A DNA stretch of 24,000 bases from Thiohalospira sp. (GCF_046546335.1 NZ_JBKGYA010000001.1); one strand, 5' to 3'; shown: positions 7,947-16,176, counted from the first letter of the stretch. Notes: generated by a model not told the origin, from the sequence alone. A program made the numbers and translations.

Positions 7947-7979
7947 CGTTCGGATATCCCAAGATCTCCGGAGGAGCCC

Positions 7980-8636
7980 ATGAACCAGGACGAGATGAAG
8001 CGCGAGGTGGCCCGGGCCGCCATCGAATACGTGGAGACCGACACGGTGATCGGCGTGGGCACCGGCTCCACCGCCAACTACTTCATCGACGAGCTGGCGA
8101 AGATCAAGGGCCGCATCGACGGCACCGTGGCCAGCTCCAACGCCAGCGCCGAGCGGCTCCAGGGCCACGGGATCCCGGTCTACAACCTCAACGACGTGGG
8201 CGACATCGGCCTCTACGTGGACGGCGCCGACGAGACCACCCGCCACCTGCAGCTCACCAAGGGCGGCGGCGGCGCGCTGACGCGAGAGAAGATCGTCGCT
8301 GCCGCCAGCGAGAAGTTCGTCTGCATCGTGGACGACACCAAGGTGGTGGACATCCTGGGTGCCTTCCCGCTGCCCATCGAGGTCATCCCCATGGCCCGCA
8401 GCTTCGTCGCCCGCCAGGTGGTCAAGCTCGGCGGCGAGCCGGTCCTGCGCGAGGGCTTCACCACCGACAACGGCAACCTCATCCTGGACGTCCACGGCCT
8501 CTCCATCCTGGAGCCGTCCAGGCTGGAGGCGCAGCTCAACAACATCCCCGGCGTGGTCACCAACGGCCTGTTCGCCATGGACCCGGCGGACGTGCTGCTG
8601 GTGGGCTCCTCCAGCGGGGTCGAGACCGTCCGCTAG
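7980..8636 (+). CDS. rpiA: Ribose-5-phosphate isomerase A
   Basis: [36 protein letters not shown]...YVDGADE...[16 protein letters not shown]...FVCIVDDTK is the canonical RpiA motif set. The start at 7980 follows the GGAGGAG SD. The upstream part of the track ORF (7878..) lies in the promoter region. Confidence 0.95.
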   Translation: MNQDEMKREVARAAIEYVETDTVIGVGTGSTANYFIDELAKIKGRIDGTVASSNASAERLQGHGIPVYNLNDVGDIGLYVDGADETTRHLQLTKGGGGALTREKIVAAASEKFVCIVDDTKVVDILGAFPLPIEVIPMARSFVARQVVKLGGEPVLREGFTTDNGNLILDVHGLSILEPSRLEAQLNNIPGVVTNGLFAMDPADVLLVGSSSGVETVR

Positions 8637-8644
8637 GAGGCCCC

Positions 8645-8848
8645 ATGGGGCGCTGGCTCATCGGCATCGGGCTGGTCCTGGTCGTCCTCGGCCTGCTCTG
8701 GCCCTGGCTCGCCCGGCTGGGGCTGGGCCGGCTGCCGGGGGACATCGCCATCCAGCGGGAGGGGTTCCACTTCTACTTCCCGCTGACCACCTCCATCCTG
8801 GTGAGCCTGGTGGCCTCGCTGCTGCTGTGGCTCTTCTTCCGGCGCTGA
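8645..8848 (+). CDS. DUF2905 family small membrane protein
   Basis: 67 aa, MGRWLIGIGLVLVVLGLLWPWLARLGLGRLPGDIAIQREGFHFYFPLTTSILVSL... matches the DUF2905 signature (GRLPGDI...FYFP.TTSI). AGGAGG lies 4 nt before the ATG. Confidence 0.85.
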   Translation: MGRWLIGIGLVLVVLGLLWPWLARLGLGRLPGDIAIQREGFHFYFPLTTSILVSLVASLLLWLFFRR

Positions 8849-8849
8849 C

Positions 8850-9929
8850 GTGGGCCGCCGGCACGACCCCCACAAGGGCCGCGGGGCCGTCTCCAGCCCC
8901 GACAACCGCTACGCCGCCTGGCAGCGCGAGGCCGTCGACGACGGCTGGCGTGACGAGCCGGACCCGGATACAGACTGGGAGCCGGCCCCGGCCACCACCC
9001 TCATCCCGCACAAGACCCGGCGGATCGTGACCTACAACGACTCCCCGGATCTCGCCTTCGACCGCACCGTGAACCCCTATCGCGGCTGCGAGCACGGCTG
9101 CATCTACTGCTACGCCCGCCCCACCCACGCCTGGCTGGACGAGTCCCCGGGCCGCGACTTCGAGACCCGGATCCACTACCGCCCCGACGCCGCCGAGCGG
9201 CTGCGCGCCGAGTTCGACCGCCCCGGCTACCGGCCGGAGACCATCGCCCTGGGCATGAATACCGACGCCTACCAGCCGGCAGAGCGGCGGCTGGAGATCA
9301 CCCGCGCCCTGCTGGAGGTCTGCCGACAGACCCGCCACCCGGTGAGCCTGGTGACCAAATCGGCCCTGGTGGAGCGGGATCGGGATATTCTGGGGCCCAT
9401 GGCGGAGGCCGGCCTGGCCACCGTGGCCGTCTCCATCACCACCCTGGATAACGACCTCAACCGCCGGCTGGAGCCCCGGGCCGCCGGCCCGCGCCGGCGG
9501 CTGGCCACCATCCGGCGGCTGCGCGAGGCGGGGATCCCGGTGGGGGTGCTGGTGGCGCCGGTGATCCCGGTGCTCACCGAGGCGGAGTTCGAGGCGATCC
9601 TGGAGGCGGCGGCGGAGGCCGGGGCGAGCTGGGCCGGCTACGTCCTGCTGCGCCTGCCCCACGAGCTGGGCGACCTCTTCCGGGACTGGCTGGCCGAGCA
9701 CGCCCCCGGCGAGGCCGACCACATCCTCTCGCGCGTGCAGCAGGCGCGGGGCGGGAAGGACTACGAGCCGCGCTTCGGCCAGCGCATGACCGGGGAGGGC
9801 CCGTGGGCGGATCTGCTGGCCCAGCGCTTCCGGCTGGCGCGGCGGAAGTTCGGGCTGGAGTGGCCACCGGTGCTGGACACCGGCGCCTTCACGCCGCCGG
9901 GCGGGCGGCAGGGGGATCTCTTCGACTAG
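8850..9929 (+). CDS. PA0069-family radical SAM protein
   Basis: GTG start 1 nt after the preceding stop. N-terminal KGRGAVSSPDNRY, a CxxxCxxC cluster (CEHGCIYCYAR), and a C-terminal region conserved in this family. Confidence 0.85.
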   Translation: MGRRHDPHKGRGAVSSPDNRYAAWQREAVDDGWRDEPDPDTDWEPAPATTLIPHKTRRIVTYNDSPDLAFDRTVNPYRGCEHGCIYCYARPTHAWLDESPGRDFETRIHYRPDAAERLRAEFDRPGYRPETIALGMNTDAYQPAERRLEITRALLEVCRQTRHPVSLVTKSALVERDRDILGPMAEAGLATVAVSITTLDNDLNRRLEPRAAGPRRRLATIRRLREAGIPVGVLVAPVIPVLTEAEFEAILEAAAEAGASWAGYVLLRLPHELGDLFRDWLAEHAPGEADHILSRVQQARGGKDYEPRFGQRMTGEGPWADLLAQRFRLARRKFGLEWPPVLDTGAFTPPGGRQGDLFD

Positions 9930-9944
9930 CCGGTGAGCGGGGGT

Positions 9945-10859
9945 TCAGACGTAGAGATTGATGCCGCTGTCCGGCGCGGGCGCCTGGCGGCCGTCGCTCG
10001 CGCCGTATCCCCCCTCGGCCCGATTCGCCGCCCCGGCGGTCCCGCTACTGGCCATGCTGGGGGCGCCCTCCCCCGGGCGCCTGTCGCCGGGCTCGCTCCG
10101 CTCGTTGCCCTCGGCCCCCGGCCGTTCGGCTGCCAGAGGATCACCGTCGAGGGACTCCGGCTTCAGGGGGTCGCGGCGACCCCGGCCACTGTCGCCCGCC
10201 TCCTCGCTGACTTCCTCCCGCTGCTCCTCCTGGCGCTCCTGACGCAGCTCCATGCGCGCCTCCTGGGCCATCTGCGCCGCCTCGGCAGCGATCTGGCGAT
10301 CCTGCGGGGAGGGATTGGCCGGCGCCAGGGCGGCGGCGCGGACCTGGCGCGCCTTGTCCAGGGTGGCCTCGGGGTCGTCGCGGACGGGCGTGGTGTCCAC
10401 GTCGACATTGCCGCCGATGGCGTAGCGCTTGCCGTCGGGCCCGACGACGAAGCTGTAGGAGACCGAGGAGGTGTACTGGCCGCCGGCGGCCAGGTGGGCC
10501 TGCTCGTGAGACCGGACCTCGCGATCGCGGTTGCGCAGCTCCTGCAGCGCCAGGTCCCGGCGCTGCTGGTCCACCTGGTCGCGAACCCGCTGGCCCTGCT
10601 CGTCCAGGCGGGCGGAGCCGGACTCGCTCCGCTCCCCTTCCCGGGTACGCCGGAGGCCCTCCAGCGCCCGCGAACGGCCCTCCCCGCCGGCGCGCGCCGT
10701 CTCGCTGGCGGCCCGGTCGCGGCTCGACGGTGAATCGGTGGCCTCATCCCCGGCCTGCTCCACCGACTCCGGCACCCGGGCACCACCCATGCCGGGCCGT
10801 CCCACGGGATTCAGGGAGGCAAAAGCGGCGCTGAGGCTGGGGGAGGCATCGGTGGCCAT
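9945..10859 (-). CDS. SprA-related / putative metalloprotease CJM1_0395-family protein
   Basis: Core LQELRNRDREVRSHEQAHLAAGGQYTSSVSYSFVVGPDGKRYAIGGNVDVDTTPVRDDPEATLDKARQVRAAALAPANPSPQDRQIAAEAAQM matches my recollection of the SprA-related family. It is flanked by low-complexity acidic/Arg-rich segments. The start is uncertain: ATG 10859 is preferred, and the track start at 10916 would read through AT-rich promoter-like DNA. Confidence 0.65.
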   Translation of the reverse strand: MATDASPSLSAAFASLNPVGRPGMGGARVPESVEQAGDEATDSPSSRDRAASETARAGGEGRSRALEGLRRTREGERSESGSARLDEQGQRVRDQVDQQRRDLALQELRNRDREVRSHEQAHLAAGGQYTSSVSYSFVVGPDGKRYAIGGNVDVDTTPVRDDPEATLDKARQVRAAALAPANPSPQDRQIAAEAAQMAQEARMELRQERQEEQREEVSEEAGDSGRGRRDPLKPESLDGDPLAAERPGAEGNERSEPGDRRPGEGAPSMASSGTAGAANRAEGGYGASDGRQAPAPDSGINLYV

Positions 10860-10916
10860 GGCCGTTCTCGATGATGATAGGGGTATAGTGCAAGTATGTA
10901 TCAGCGCCTCGCCCAT

Positions 10917-10931
10917 GAGTCAAATTGACTC
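10917..10931. promoter_or_regulatory. Perfect palindrome GAGTCAA-a-TTGACTC (candidate operator)
   Basis: Two 7-bp arms around a single central base, in the divergent spacer between the SprA-related gene and the RND adaptor gene. Confidence 0.3.
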
Positions 10932-10956
10932 GCCCCCGAAGGCTGCCAACTGGACA

Positions 10957-10985
10957 TTGACCATACAGTCAGCCCGGCCAAGAAT
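10957..10985 (+). promoter_or_regulatory. Candidate sigma70 promoter of the RND efflux operon
   Basis: TTGACC (10957..10962), 17-nt spacer, AAGAAT (10980..10985). This would place the TSS about 20 nt before the 11011 ATG and its GGAGG SD. Confidence 0.3.
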
Positions 10986-11010
10986 GGGGGAAGTGCCACG
11001 GAGGTCCCCC

Positions 11011-12087
11011 ATGCCGCACCTGCCCCGCCGCCCCCTCATCATCGTCATGATCATCACCCTGGCCATCGCCTGGATCGCCTCCGGGGTACTGACCCGGCCG
11101 GAGCCCACCGACGACCAGGCCCGAGAGAGCGAAAAGATGACCGTGGGCGTGGCCGAGCGCCGGGCCGAGCCGGTGGAGGAGCTGCTCGTCCTCCAGGGAG
11201 AGGTGGAGCCGGACAGCCGCATGGTGGTCCGCGCCGAGACCGCGGGACAGCTCGCCGAGTGGGCCGTCTCCCGCGGTGCCCGGGTAGACGAGGGCGAGCT
11301 GCTGGCGCGGCTGAAGATGGACGACCGCCAGGCGAAGTTGCGCCAGGCCGAGGCGCGGGTGGCGGGGGCCGAGAGCGACTTCGAGGCCACCCGGACCATG
11401 GCCGAGGACGACTTCACCGCCGAGCTGCAGGTGGACGTCAAGCGCGCCGAGCTGGAGGCGGCCCGGGCGGAGCTGGAGGCGGTACGCCAGGATATCGAGA
11501 ACACCGAGCTGCGCGCCCCCATGGCGGGCATCGTCAACCGCCGCATCGCCGAGCGCGGCGACTTCCTCGCCGTGGGCGGCCAGCTGGCCGAGATCGTGGT
11601 CAATGACCCCCTCCTCGCCGTGGTCCGCGTCCCCCAGCACCGGATCCGCGAGGTGGAGCCGGGGCAGGAGGCGCGCATCCGCTTCCTGGACGGCTCCACC
11701 GCCACCGGTGAGGTCACCTTCGTCGCCCCGGTGGCCGATCCGGCCACCCGCACCTTCCGGCTGGAGGCGACCTTCCCCAATCCCGAGGGCGACCTCCCCT
11801 CCGGGATCAGCGCCGAGGTCATCATCCCGGTGGCGGAGACCGAGGCCCATCGCGTCTCCCCGGCGCTGCTCAACCTCGACGACGACGGCCGGCTGGGGCT
11901 CAAGGCGGTGGCCGACGGCGAGGTGGTCTTCCACGAGGTGGAGGTCATTCGCGCCGACCGCGACGGCGTCTGGGTCACCGGGGCACCCCCCGAGATCGAC
12001 CTCATCACCGTGGGCGGCGGTTTCGTCCGCCCGGGCGAGGCGGTGGCCACCGAGTCGGCCGCGGCGCCGGGCGAGGGCCGGCCGTGA
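11011..12087 (+). CDS. RND efflux periplasmic adaptor (membrane fusion protein)
   Basis: N-terminal TM anchor (RRPLIIVMIITLAIAWIASGVL), a coiled-coil hairpin (KLRQAEARVAGAESDFEATR...LEAARAELEAVRQDIENTELRAPMAGIV), and beta-barrel/MP domains. The ATG at 11011 follows GGAGG with a 5-nt spacer. The track ORF start at 10531 is an upstream read-through. Confidence 0.85.
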   Translation: MPHLPRRPLIIVMIITLAIAWIASGVLTRPEPTDDQARESEKMTVGVAERRAEPVEELLVLQGEVEPDSRMVVRAETAGQLAEWAVSRGARVDEGELLARLKMDDRQAKLRQAEARVAGAESDFEATRTMAEDDFTAELQVDVKRAELEAARAELEAVRQDIENTELRAPMAGIVNRRIAERGDFLAVGGQLAEIVVNDPLLAVVRVPQHRIREVEPGQEARIRFLDGSTATGEVTFVAPVADPATRTFRLEATFPNPEGDLPSGISAEVIIPVAETEAHRVSPALLNLDDDGRLGLKAVADGEVVFHEVEVIRADRDGVWVTGAPPEIDLITVGGGFVRPGEAVATESAAAPGEGRP

Positions 12088-15000
12088 GGGCGCTCATCGC
12101 CGCCGCGGTGGATCGCGGCCGCGCCGTCCTCCTGCTGCTCGGGATCCTGCTGATCCTCGGGGCGGTGGCCTACGCCACCATCCCCAAGGAGGCCAACCCC
12201 GAGATCGACGTCCCCATCTACTTCGTCACCGTCCCCTACCCCGGGATCACCTCCGAGGATGCCGAACGGCTGCTGCTGCGTCCCCTGGAGCGGGAGCTGC
12301 AGTCGGTGGAGGGGCTGGACGAGATGCGCGCCTGGGCCGGCGAGGGCTTCGCCATGCTGCGGCTGGACTTCGAGCCCGGCTGGGACAGCCGCCAGGCCCT
12401 GGCCGATGTCCGCGAGGAGGTGGACCAGACCGAGCCGGAGCTCCCCGAGGAGGCCGAGGAGCCCCGGGTGAACGAGGTGGACGTCTCGCTGTTCCCGGTG
12501 CTCACCGCCACCCTCTCCGGACCGGTGAGCGAGCGCTCGCTGCTGGAGACCGCCCGCGACCTGCGCGACCGGCTCGAGGCGAGCCCCGGCGTGCTGGAGG
12601 TGGACATCGGCGGCGAGCGCGAGGATGTCATGGAGATCCTGGTGGACCCGCTGGTCATGGAGTCCTACCGGATCTCCTACGCCGAACTCACCCGCGCCAT
12701 CCAGCGCAACAATCAACTCGTCACCGCCGGGGCGGTGGATACCGGGGCCGGCCGCATCGCCATCAAGGTCCCCGGCACCATCGAGGATACCGAGGCGGTG
12801 GAGAATACCGCCCTGCGCGCCGAGGACGGCACCGTGGTCCGCGTGGGGGATGTCGCCGAGGTCCGCCAGACCTACAAGGACCGGGACAGCTTCGCCCGCA
12901 TCGACGGCAACCCCGCGCTCTCCCTGGAGATCCGCAAGCGCACCGGGGCCAACATCCTGGAGGTGGTGGGCGAGGCGCGCCGCACCATCGAGAGCGCCCG
13001 GCAGTCGGGGCCCGAGGCGCTGGAGGTCCGCTACCTCCAGGACGGTGCCGAGGATGTCGCCGACTTCCTGGGCGACCTGGAGAACAACGTCATCACCGCC
13101 GTGCTGCTGGTGGTCCTGGTCATCGTCGCCGCCCTGGGGGTGCGCTCCTCGCTGCTGGTGGCGGTGGCCATCCCCGGCGCCTTCCTGGGCGGGATCCTGG
13201 TCATCCAGCTGCTGGGCTTCACCCTCAACCTGGTGGTCCTCTTCTCCCTCATCCTGGTGGTGGGGATGCTGGTGGACGGCGCCGTGGTGGTGGCGGAGCT
13301 GGCCGACCGCTACATCGCCGAGGGGCGGGCGCGAGCCGCCGCCTACCGCGACGCCGCCATCCGCATGGGCTGGCCGGTGACCGCCGCCATCGCCACCACC
13401 CTGGCAGTCTTCTTCCCCATGCTCTTCTGGCCGGGCATGGTGGGCGAGTTCATCATCTACCTGCCGGCGACGGTCATCATCACCCTGCTGCTCTCCCTGG
13501 CCATGGCGCTGGTCTTCGTCCCCGCCCTGGGGTCGTTCATCGGCCCGCGGCGGGCCACCAACCCGGAGCTGGTGCGCCAGATCCGGGCCGCCGAGACGGG
13601 CCGCTGGGCCGAGCTGGGACGGGCCACCCGCGCCTACACCGACGCCCTGGCCACCGCCTGCCGCCGACCCGGCCTCACCCTGCTCATCACCGCGGTCATC
13701 ACCGCCACCCTCTACGCCGGCTGGGCGGTCCACGGCAAGGGGACCTCCTTCTTCCCCGACATCGAGCCGCGCTTCGCCCAGATCCAGGTCCAGGCCCGCG
13801 GCGACCTCTCGGTCCGGGAGGCGGACGACCTGGTCCGCCGCGTGGAGGAACGCATCGGCGGGACCGACGGCGTAAAGACCCGCTACGCCCGGACCATCGC
13901 CTCCCAGCAGCGCCGCCTGGAGGGCGACTTCGCCGAGGATGTCATCGGCATCGTCCAGCTGGAGCTCACCGACTGGCGCACCCGGCGCCCGGCCGCGGAG
14001 GTCCTGGCCGAGCTCCGCCAGCGCACCGCCGACCTCCCCGGCCTGAAGATCCAGGTGCGGGAGCAGGAGCGCGGCCCCACCGCCGGCAAACCGGTGGCGG
14101 TGGAGGTCCGCGGAGAGCGCGGGGCATCGCTGGACACCGGCGTGGAGCGCGTCCGCGCGGCCATGGAGGAGCTGGGCGGCTTCGTGGACGTGGAGGACGA
14201 CCGGCCGCCGCCGGGGGTGGAGGTGGAGCTGCGGGTGGACCGCGAGGAGGCGGCCCGTCACGGCGTGGATATCGCCCTGCTGGGCCAGGGACTGCAGACG
14301 CTCACCGACGGCGTCCTGCTGGGTACCTACCACCCCGACTTCAGCGACGAGGCGGTGGACATCCGCATGCGGCTGCCGGCGGACGCCCGCCACCTCCAGC
14401 AGCTGGCTACCCTGAACCTGCCCACCGAGCAGGGGCTGGTGCCGCTGCGCAACTTCGCCACCCTGGAGCCGGTGGAGGCCACGGGCCTCATCAAGCGCCG
14501 GGACGCCCGCCGCGCCCACACCGTGGAGGCCGACGTCGCCGCCGACGAGCTGGCGGAGGAGCGCACCAGCGCCCTCCGGCAGGCCCTGACCGGCGCCGAC
14601 CTACCCGAGGGGGTCAGCGTCGCCTTCCGCGGCGAGAGCGAGGACATGGCCGAATCCAGCCAGTTCCTGGTCCGCGCCTTCCTCTTCGCCCTGGCGCTGA
14701 TGGTCGTGATCCTGGTGGTCCAGTTCAATCGCTTCACCCAGGCGGCGCTGGTCCTCTCGGCCATCCTCTTCTCCACCGCCGGGGTGCTGGCCGGGCTGCT
14801 ACTCCGCGGCGAACCCTTCGGAGTCGTCATGAGCGGCATCGGCACCCTCGCCCTGGCCGGCATCGTGGTGAACAACAACATCGTCCTCATCGACACCTAC
14901 AACGTCCTGCGCCGCGACGACGGCCTGGACCCCGTGGAGGCGGCCCTGCGCACCGGCGCCCAGCGCGCCCGGCCGGTGATCCTCACCGCCGTCACCACCA

Positions 15001-15209
15001 TCCTCGGCCTGTCGCCCATGGTCCTGGGCTGGACCATCGACTTCATCGGCCGGGACTTCTACATCGGCGCCCCCTCCACCCAGTACTGGATCCAGCTGGC
15101 CACGGCCATCAGCGGCGGCCTGCTGGTGGCCACGCCGCTGACCCTCTTCTTCACCCCGGCGATGCTGGTCTGGCTGGACCGACGCGCCACCACCCCGACC
15201 ACCGAGTGA
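12084..15209 (+). CDS. RND (AcrB/AcrD/AcrF-type) efflux permease
   Basis: 1041 aa with the 12-TM, two-large-periplasmic-loop layout. N-terminus is AVDRGRAVLLLLGILLILGAVAYATIPKEANPEIDVP. Its GTG overlaps the adaptor stop (GTGA). Confidence 0.93.
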   Translation: MRALIAAAVDRGRAVLLLLGILLILGAVAYATIPKEANPEIDVPIYFVTVPYPGITSEDAERLLLRPLERELQSVEGLDEMRAWAGEGFAMLRLDFEPGWDSRQALADVREEVDQTEPELPEEAEEPRVNEVDVSLFPVLTATLSGPVSERSLLETARDLRDRLEASPGVLEVDIGGEREDVMEILVDPLVMESYRISYAELTRAIQRNNQLVTAGAVDTGAGRIAIKVPGTIEDTEAVENTALRAEDGTVVRVGDVAEVRQTYKDRDSFARIDGNPALSLEIRKRTGANILEVVGEARRTIESARQSGPEALEVRYLQDGAEDVADFLGDLENNVITAVLLVVLVIVAALGVRSSLLVAVAIPGAFLGGILVIQLLGFTLNLVVLFSLILVVGMLVDGAVVVAELADRYIAEGRARAAAYRDAAIRMGWPVTAAIATTLAVFFPMLFWPGMVGEFIIYLPATVIITLLLSLAMALVFVPALGSFIGPRRATNPELVRQIRAAETGRWAELGRATRAYTDALATACRRPGLTLLITAVITATLYAGWAVHGKGTSFFPDIEPRFAQIQVQARGDLSVREADDLVRRVEERIGGTDGVKTRYARTIASQQRRLEGDFAEDVIGIVQLELTDWRTRRPAAEVLAELRQRTADLPGLKIQVREQERGPTAGKPVAVEVRGERGASLDTGVERVRAAMEELGGFVDVEDDRPPPGVEVELRVDREEAARHGVDIALLGQGLQTLTDGVLLGTYHPDFSDEAVDIRMRLPADARHLQQLATLNLPTEQGLVPLRNFATLEPVEATGLIKRRDARRAHTVEADVAADELAEERTSALRQALTGADLPEGVSVAFRGESEDMAESSQFLVRAFLFALALMVVILVVQFNRFTQAALVLSAILFSTAGVLAGLLLRGEPFGVVMSGIGTLALAGIVVNNNIVLIDTYNVLRRDDGLDPVEAALRTGAQRARPVILTAVTTILGLSPMVLGWTIDFIGRDFYIGAPSTQYWIQLATAISGGLLVATPLTLFFTPAMLVWLDRRATTPTTE

Positions 15210-15215
15210 AGCCCC

Positions 15216-15590
15216 ATGGAATTCTTCGCCACCGTCGACCGCCCCCTCACCGCCGAGGAGCTCACCCGGCATCTCACCGTGGGCACCCTCCCCGACTGGT
15301 GCGACGCCTTCGCCGAGGTCACCGCCGACAGTGAGGACGAGGGCGCCGGCGACACCCTCTGGGGCCACTTCCGGGTGGTCCGCACCCCCATCCGCGGCGG
15401 CGTCCGCTTCGCCCTCACCGACTGCCCCAACGCCCTGGCCTGGACGGTCACCGCCGGCTACCCCCCGGCCCCGGAGGGCGTCGTCATCCACGCCACCATC
15501 GCCCGCACCGAGGCCGATACCGACCCCGACTTCGCCGAATCCATCCAGGAGTTCGTCGAGGCCTGGCAACGCGGCCTGCAGGGCGGCTGA
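15216..15590 (+). CDS. Hypothetical acidic protein (124 aa), family unknown
   Basis: Starts 6 nt after the RND permease stop. GC3-rich codon usage like its neighbours. I recognise no motif. Confidence 0.6.
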   Translation: MEFFATVDRPLTAEELTRHLTVGTLPDWCDAFAEVTADSEDEGAGDTLWGHFRVVRTPIRGGVRFALTDCPNALAWTVTAGYPPAPEGVVIHATIARTEADTDPDFAESIQEFVEAWQRGLQGG

Positions 15591-15609
15591 CCGGATCGAC
15601 CCGACCGGG

Positions 15610-15629
15610 TTGCACAATCTTTGTATAAT
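15610..15629 (+). promoter_or_regulatory. Distal TGyAyAA direct-repeat pair containing a TATAAT hexamer (candidate pyp promoter/operator)
   Basis: TTGCACAA (15610..15617) tct TTGTATAA (15621..15628), 11-bp register. TATAAT lies at 15624..15629. The segment is AT-rich in a GC-rich genome. Confidence 0.4.
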
Positions 15630-15653
15630 TTCTAATCTTCATGGCAGGGCCAG

Positions 15654-15694
15654 ATAGGGCAGTTCCGATACAGCCCTATTACAAACCCGATACA
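15654..15694 (+). repeat. Inverted repeat ATAGGGC-N12-GCCCTAT plus direct repeat CCGATACA x2 in the pyp leader
   Basis: ATAGGGC 15654..15660 pairs with GCCCTAT 15673..15679. CCGATACA occurs at 15665..15672 and 15687..15694, 22 bp apart. Confidence 0.5.
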
Positions 15695-15736
15695 AGCCCC
15701 GCTGGCGAGCCGCAGAGCCGGCACCGCGGGAGACGC

Positions 15737-15754
15737 TGTACAACCCCTGCACAA
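15737..15754 (+). promoter_or_regulatory. Proximal TGyAyAA direct-repeat pair abutting the pyp SD
   Basis: TGTACAA (15737..15743) cccc TGCACAA (15748..15754), 11-bp register, ending 2 nt before the GGAGAG SD of pyp. Confidence 0.4.
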
Positions 15755-15768
15755 TGGAGAGACCAACC

Positions 15769-16146
15769 ATGGAATTCGTCCAGTTCGGCACCGACGACAT
15801 CGACAACACCCTGGCCAAGATGAAGGACGGGGACCTGAACAACCTCGCCTTCGGTGCCATCCAGCTCGACGCCGACGGCAACATCCTCCAGTACAACGCC
15901 GCCGAGGGCGACATCACCGGCCGCGACCCCAAGGCCGTCATCGGCAAGAACTTCTTCAAGGATGTCGCCCCCTGCACCGACTCCCAGGAGTTCTCCGGCC
16001 GCTTCAAGGAGGGCGTCAAGAACGGCGACCTCAACGCCATGTTCGAGTACACCTTCGACTACCAGATGCAGCCCACCAAGGTGAAGGTCCACATGAAGAA
16101 GGCGCTCACCGGCGATTCCTACTGGATCCTGGTCAAGCGCGCGTAG
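15769..16146 (+). CDS. pyp: Photoactive yellow protein (PAS-fold blue-light photoreceptor)
   Basis: 125 aa from the ATG at 15769, with SD GGAGAG 7 nt upstream. [18 protein letters not shown]...[46 protein letters not shown]...[35 protein letters not shown] is roughly four-fifths identical by eye to the Halorhodospira halophila PYP sequence as I remember it. Tyr42, Glu46, Thr50, Arg52, the chromophore Cys69 and Met100 are all present, and the length is the same. Confidence 0.95.
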   Translation: MEFVQFGTDDIDNTLAKMKDGDLNNLAFGAIQLDADGNILQYNAAEGDITGRDPKAVIGKNFFKDVAPCTDSQEFSGRFKEGVKNGDLNAMFEYTFDYQMQPTKVKVHMKKALTGDSYWILVKRA

Positions 16147-16155
16147 GACCCCTTC

Positions 16156-16176
16156 CGGCGGGGCGAGCCCCCGCCG
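16156..16176 (+). other. GC-rich intercistronic hairpin between pyp and pcl
   Basis: CGGCGGGG (16156..16163), loop cgagc, CCCCGCCG (16169..16176): an 8-bp perfect stem. No T-tract follows, and the pcl SD GGAG comes shortly after. Confidence 0.45.

Noticed and set aside
7849-7962. 38-codon N-terminal extension of ilvA in the track ORF
   Set aside because: The extension has no counterpart in IlvA proteins and would run through the rpiA promoter region. The internal ATG at 7848 has an upstream GGAGG and starts the conserved sequence.
6172-7983. 603-aa plus-strand and 535-aa minus-strand (6296..7903) ORFs overlapping ilvA
   Set aside because: The ilvA frame gives a full-length, motif-complete threonine dehydratase. 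The others are shadow or off-frame readings.
10531-11010. 160-codon N-terminal extension of the RND adaptor ORF, including the ATG at 10984
   Set aside because: It reads antisense through the SprA-related gene and the intergenic promoter region. The ATG at 11011 has a GGAGG SD and starts directly at the membrane anchor.
10920-14519. 1199-aa minus-strand ORF
   Set aside because: It is antisense to the RND adaptor and permease genes and has a low-complexity Gly/Ala/Arg/Pro-rich translation without domains. It is a typical open shadow frame in ~70 percent GC DNA.
11603-15334. 1243-aa plus-strand ORF in an alternative frame of the RND genes
   Set aside because: Its Arg/Pro/Gly-rich sequence (RRGGSRPRRPPAARDP...) is an off-frame reading of genuine genes. 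The in-frame AcrB-like protein explains the region.
15754-15768. Upstream ATG (MERPT-) as the pyp start
   Set aside because: It overlaps the GGAGAG SD that is correctly spaced for the ATG at 15769. Starting at 15769 gives the canonical 125-aa PYP beginning ME-.
15214-15779. Identical 11-mer CCATGGAATTC at the starts of both the 124-aa ORF (15214..15224) and pyp (15767..15777)
   Set aside because: Both proteins simply begin Met-Glu-Phe after a CC. Similarity does not extend beyond the 11-mer, so I treat it as coincidence rather than a duplication or repeat.
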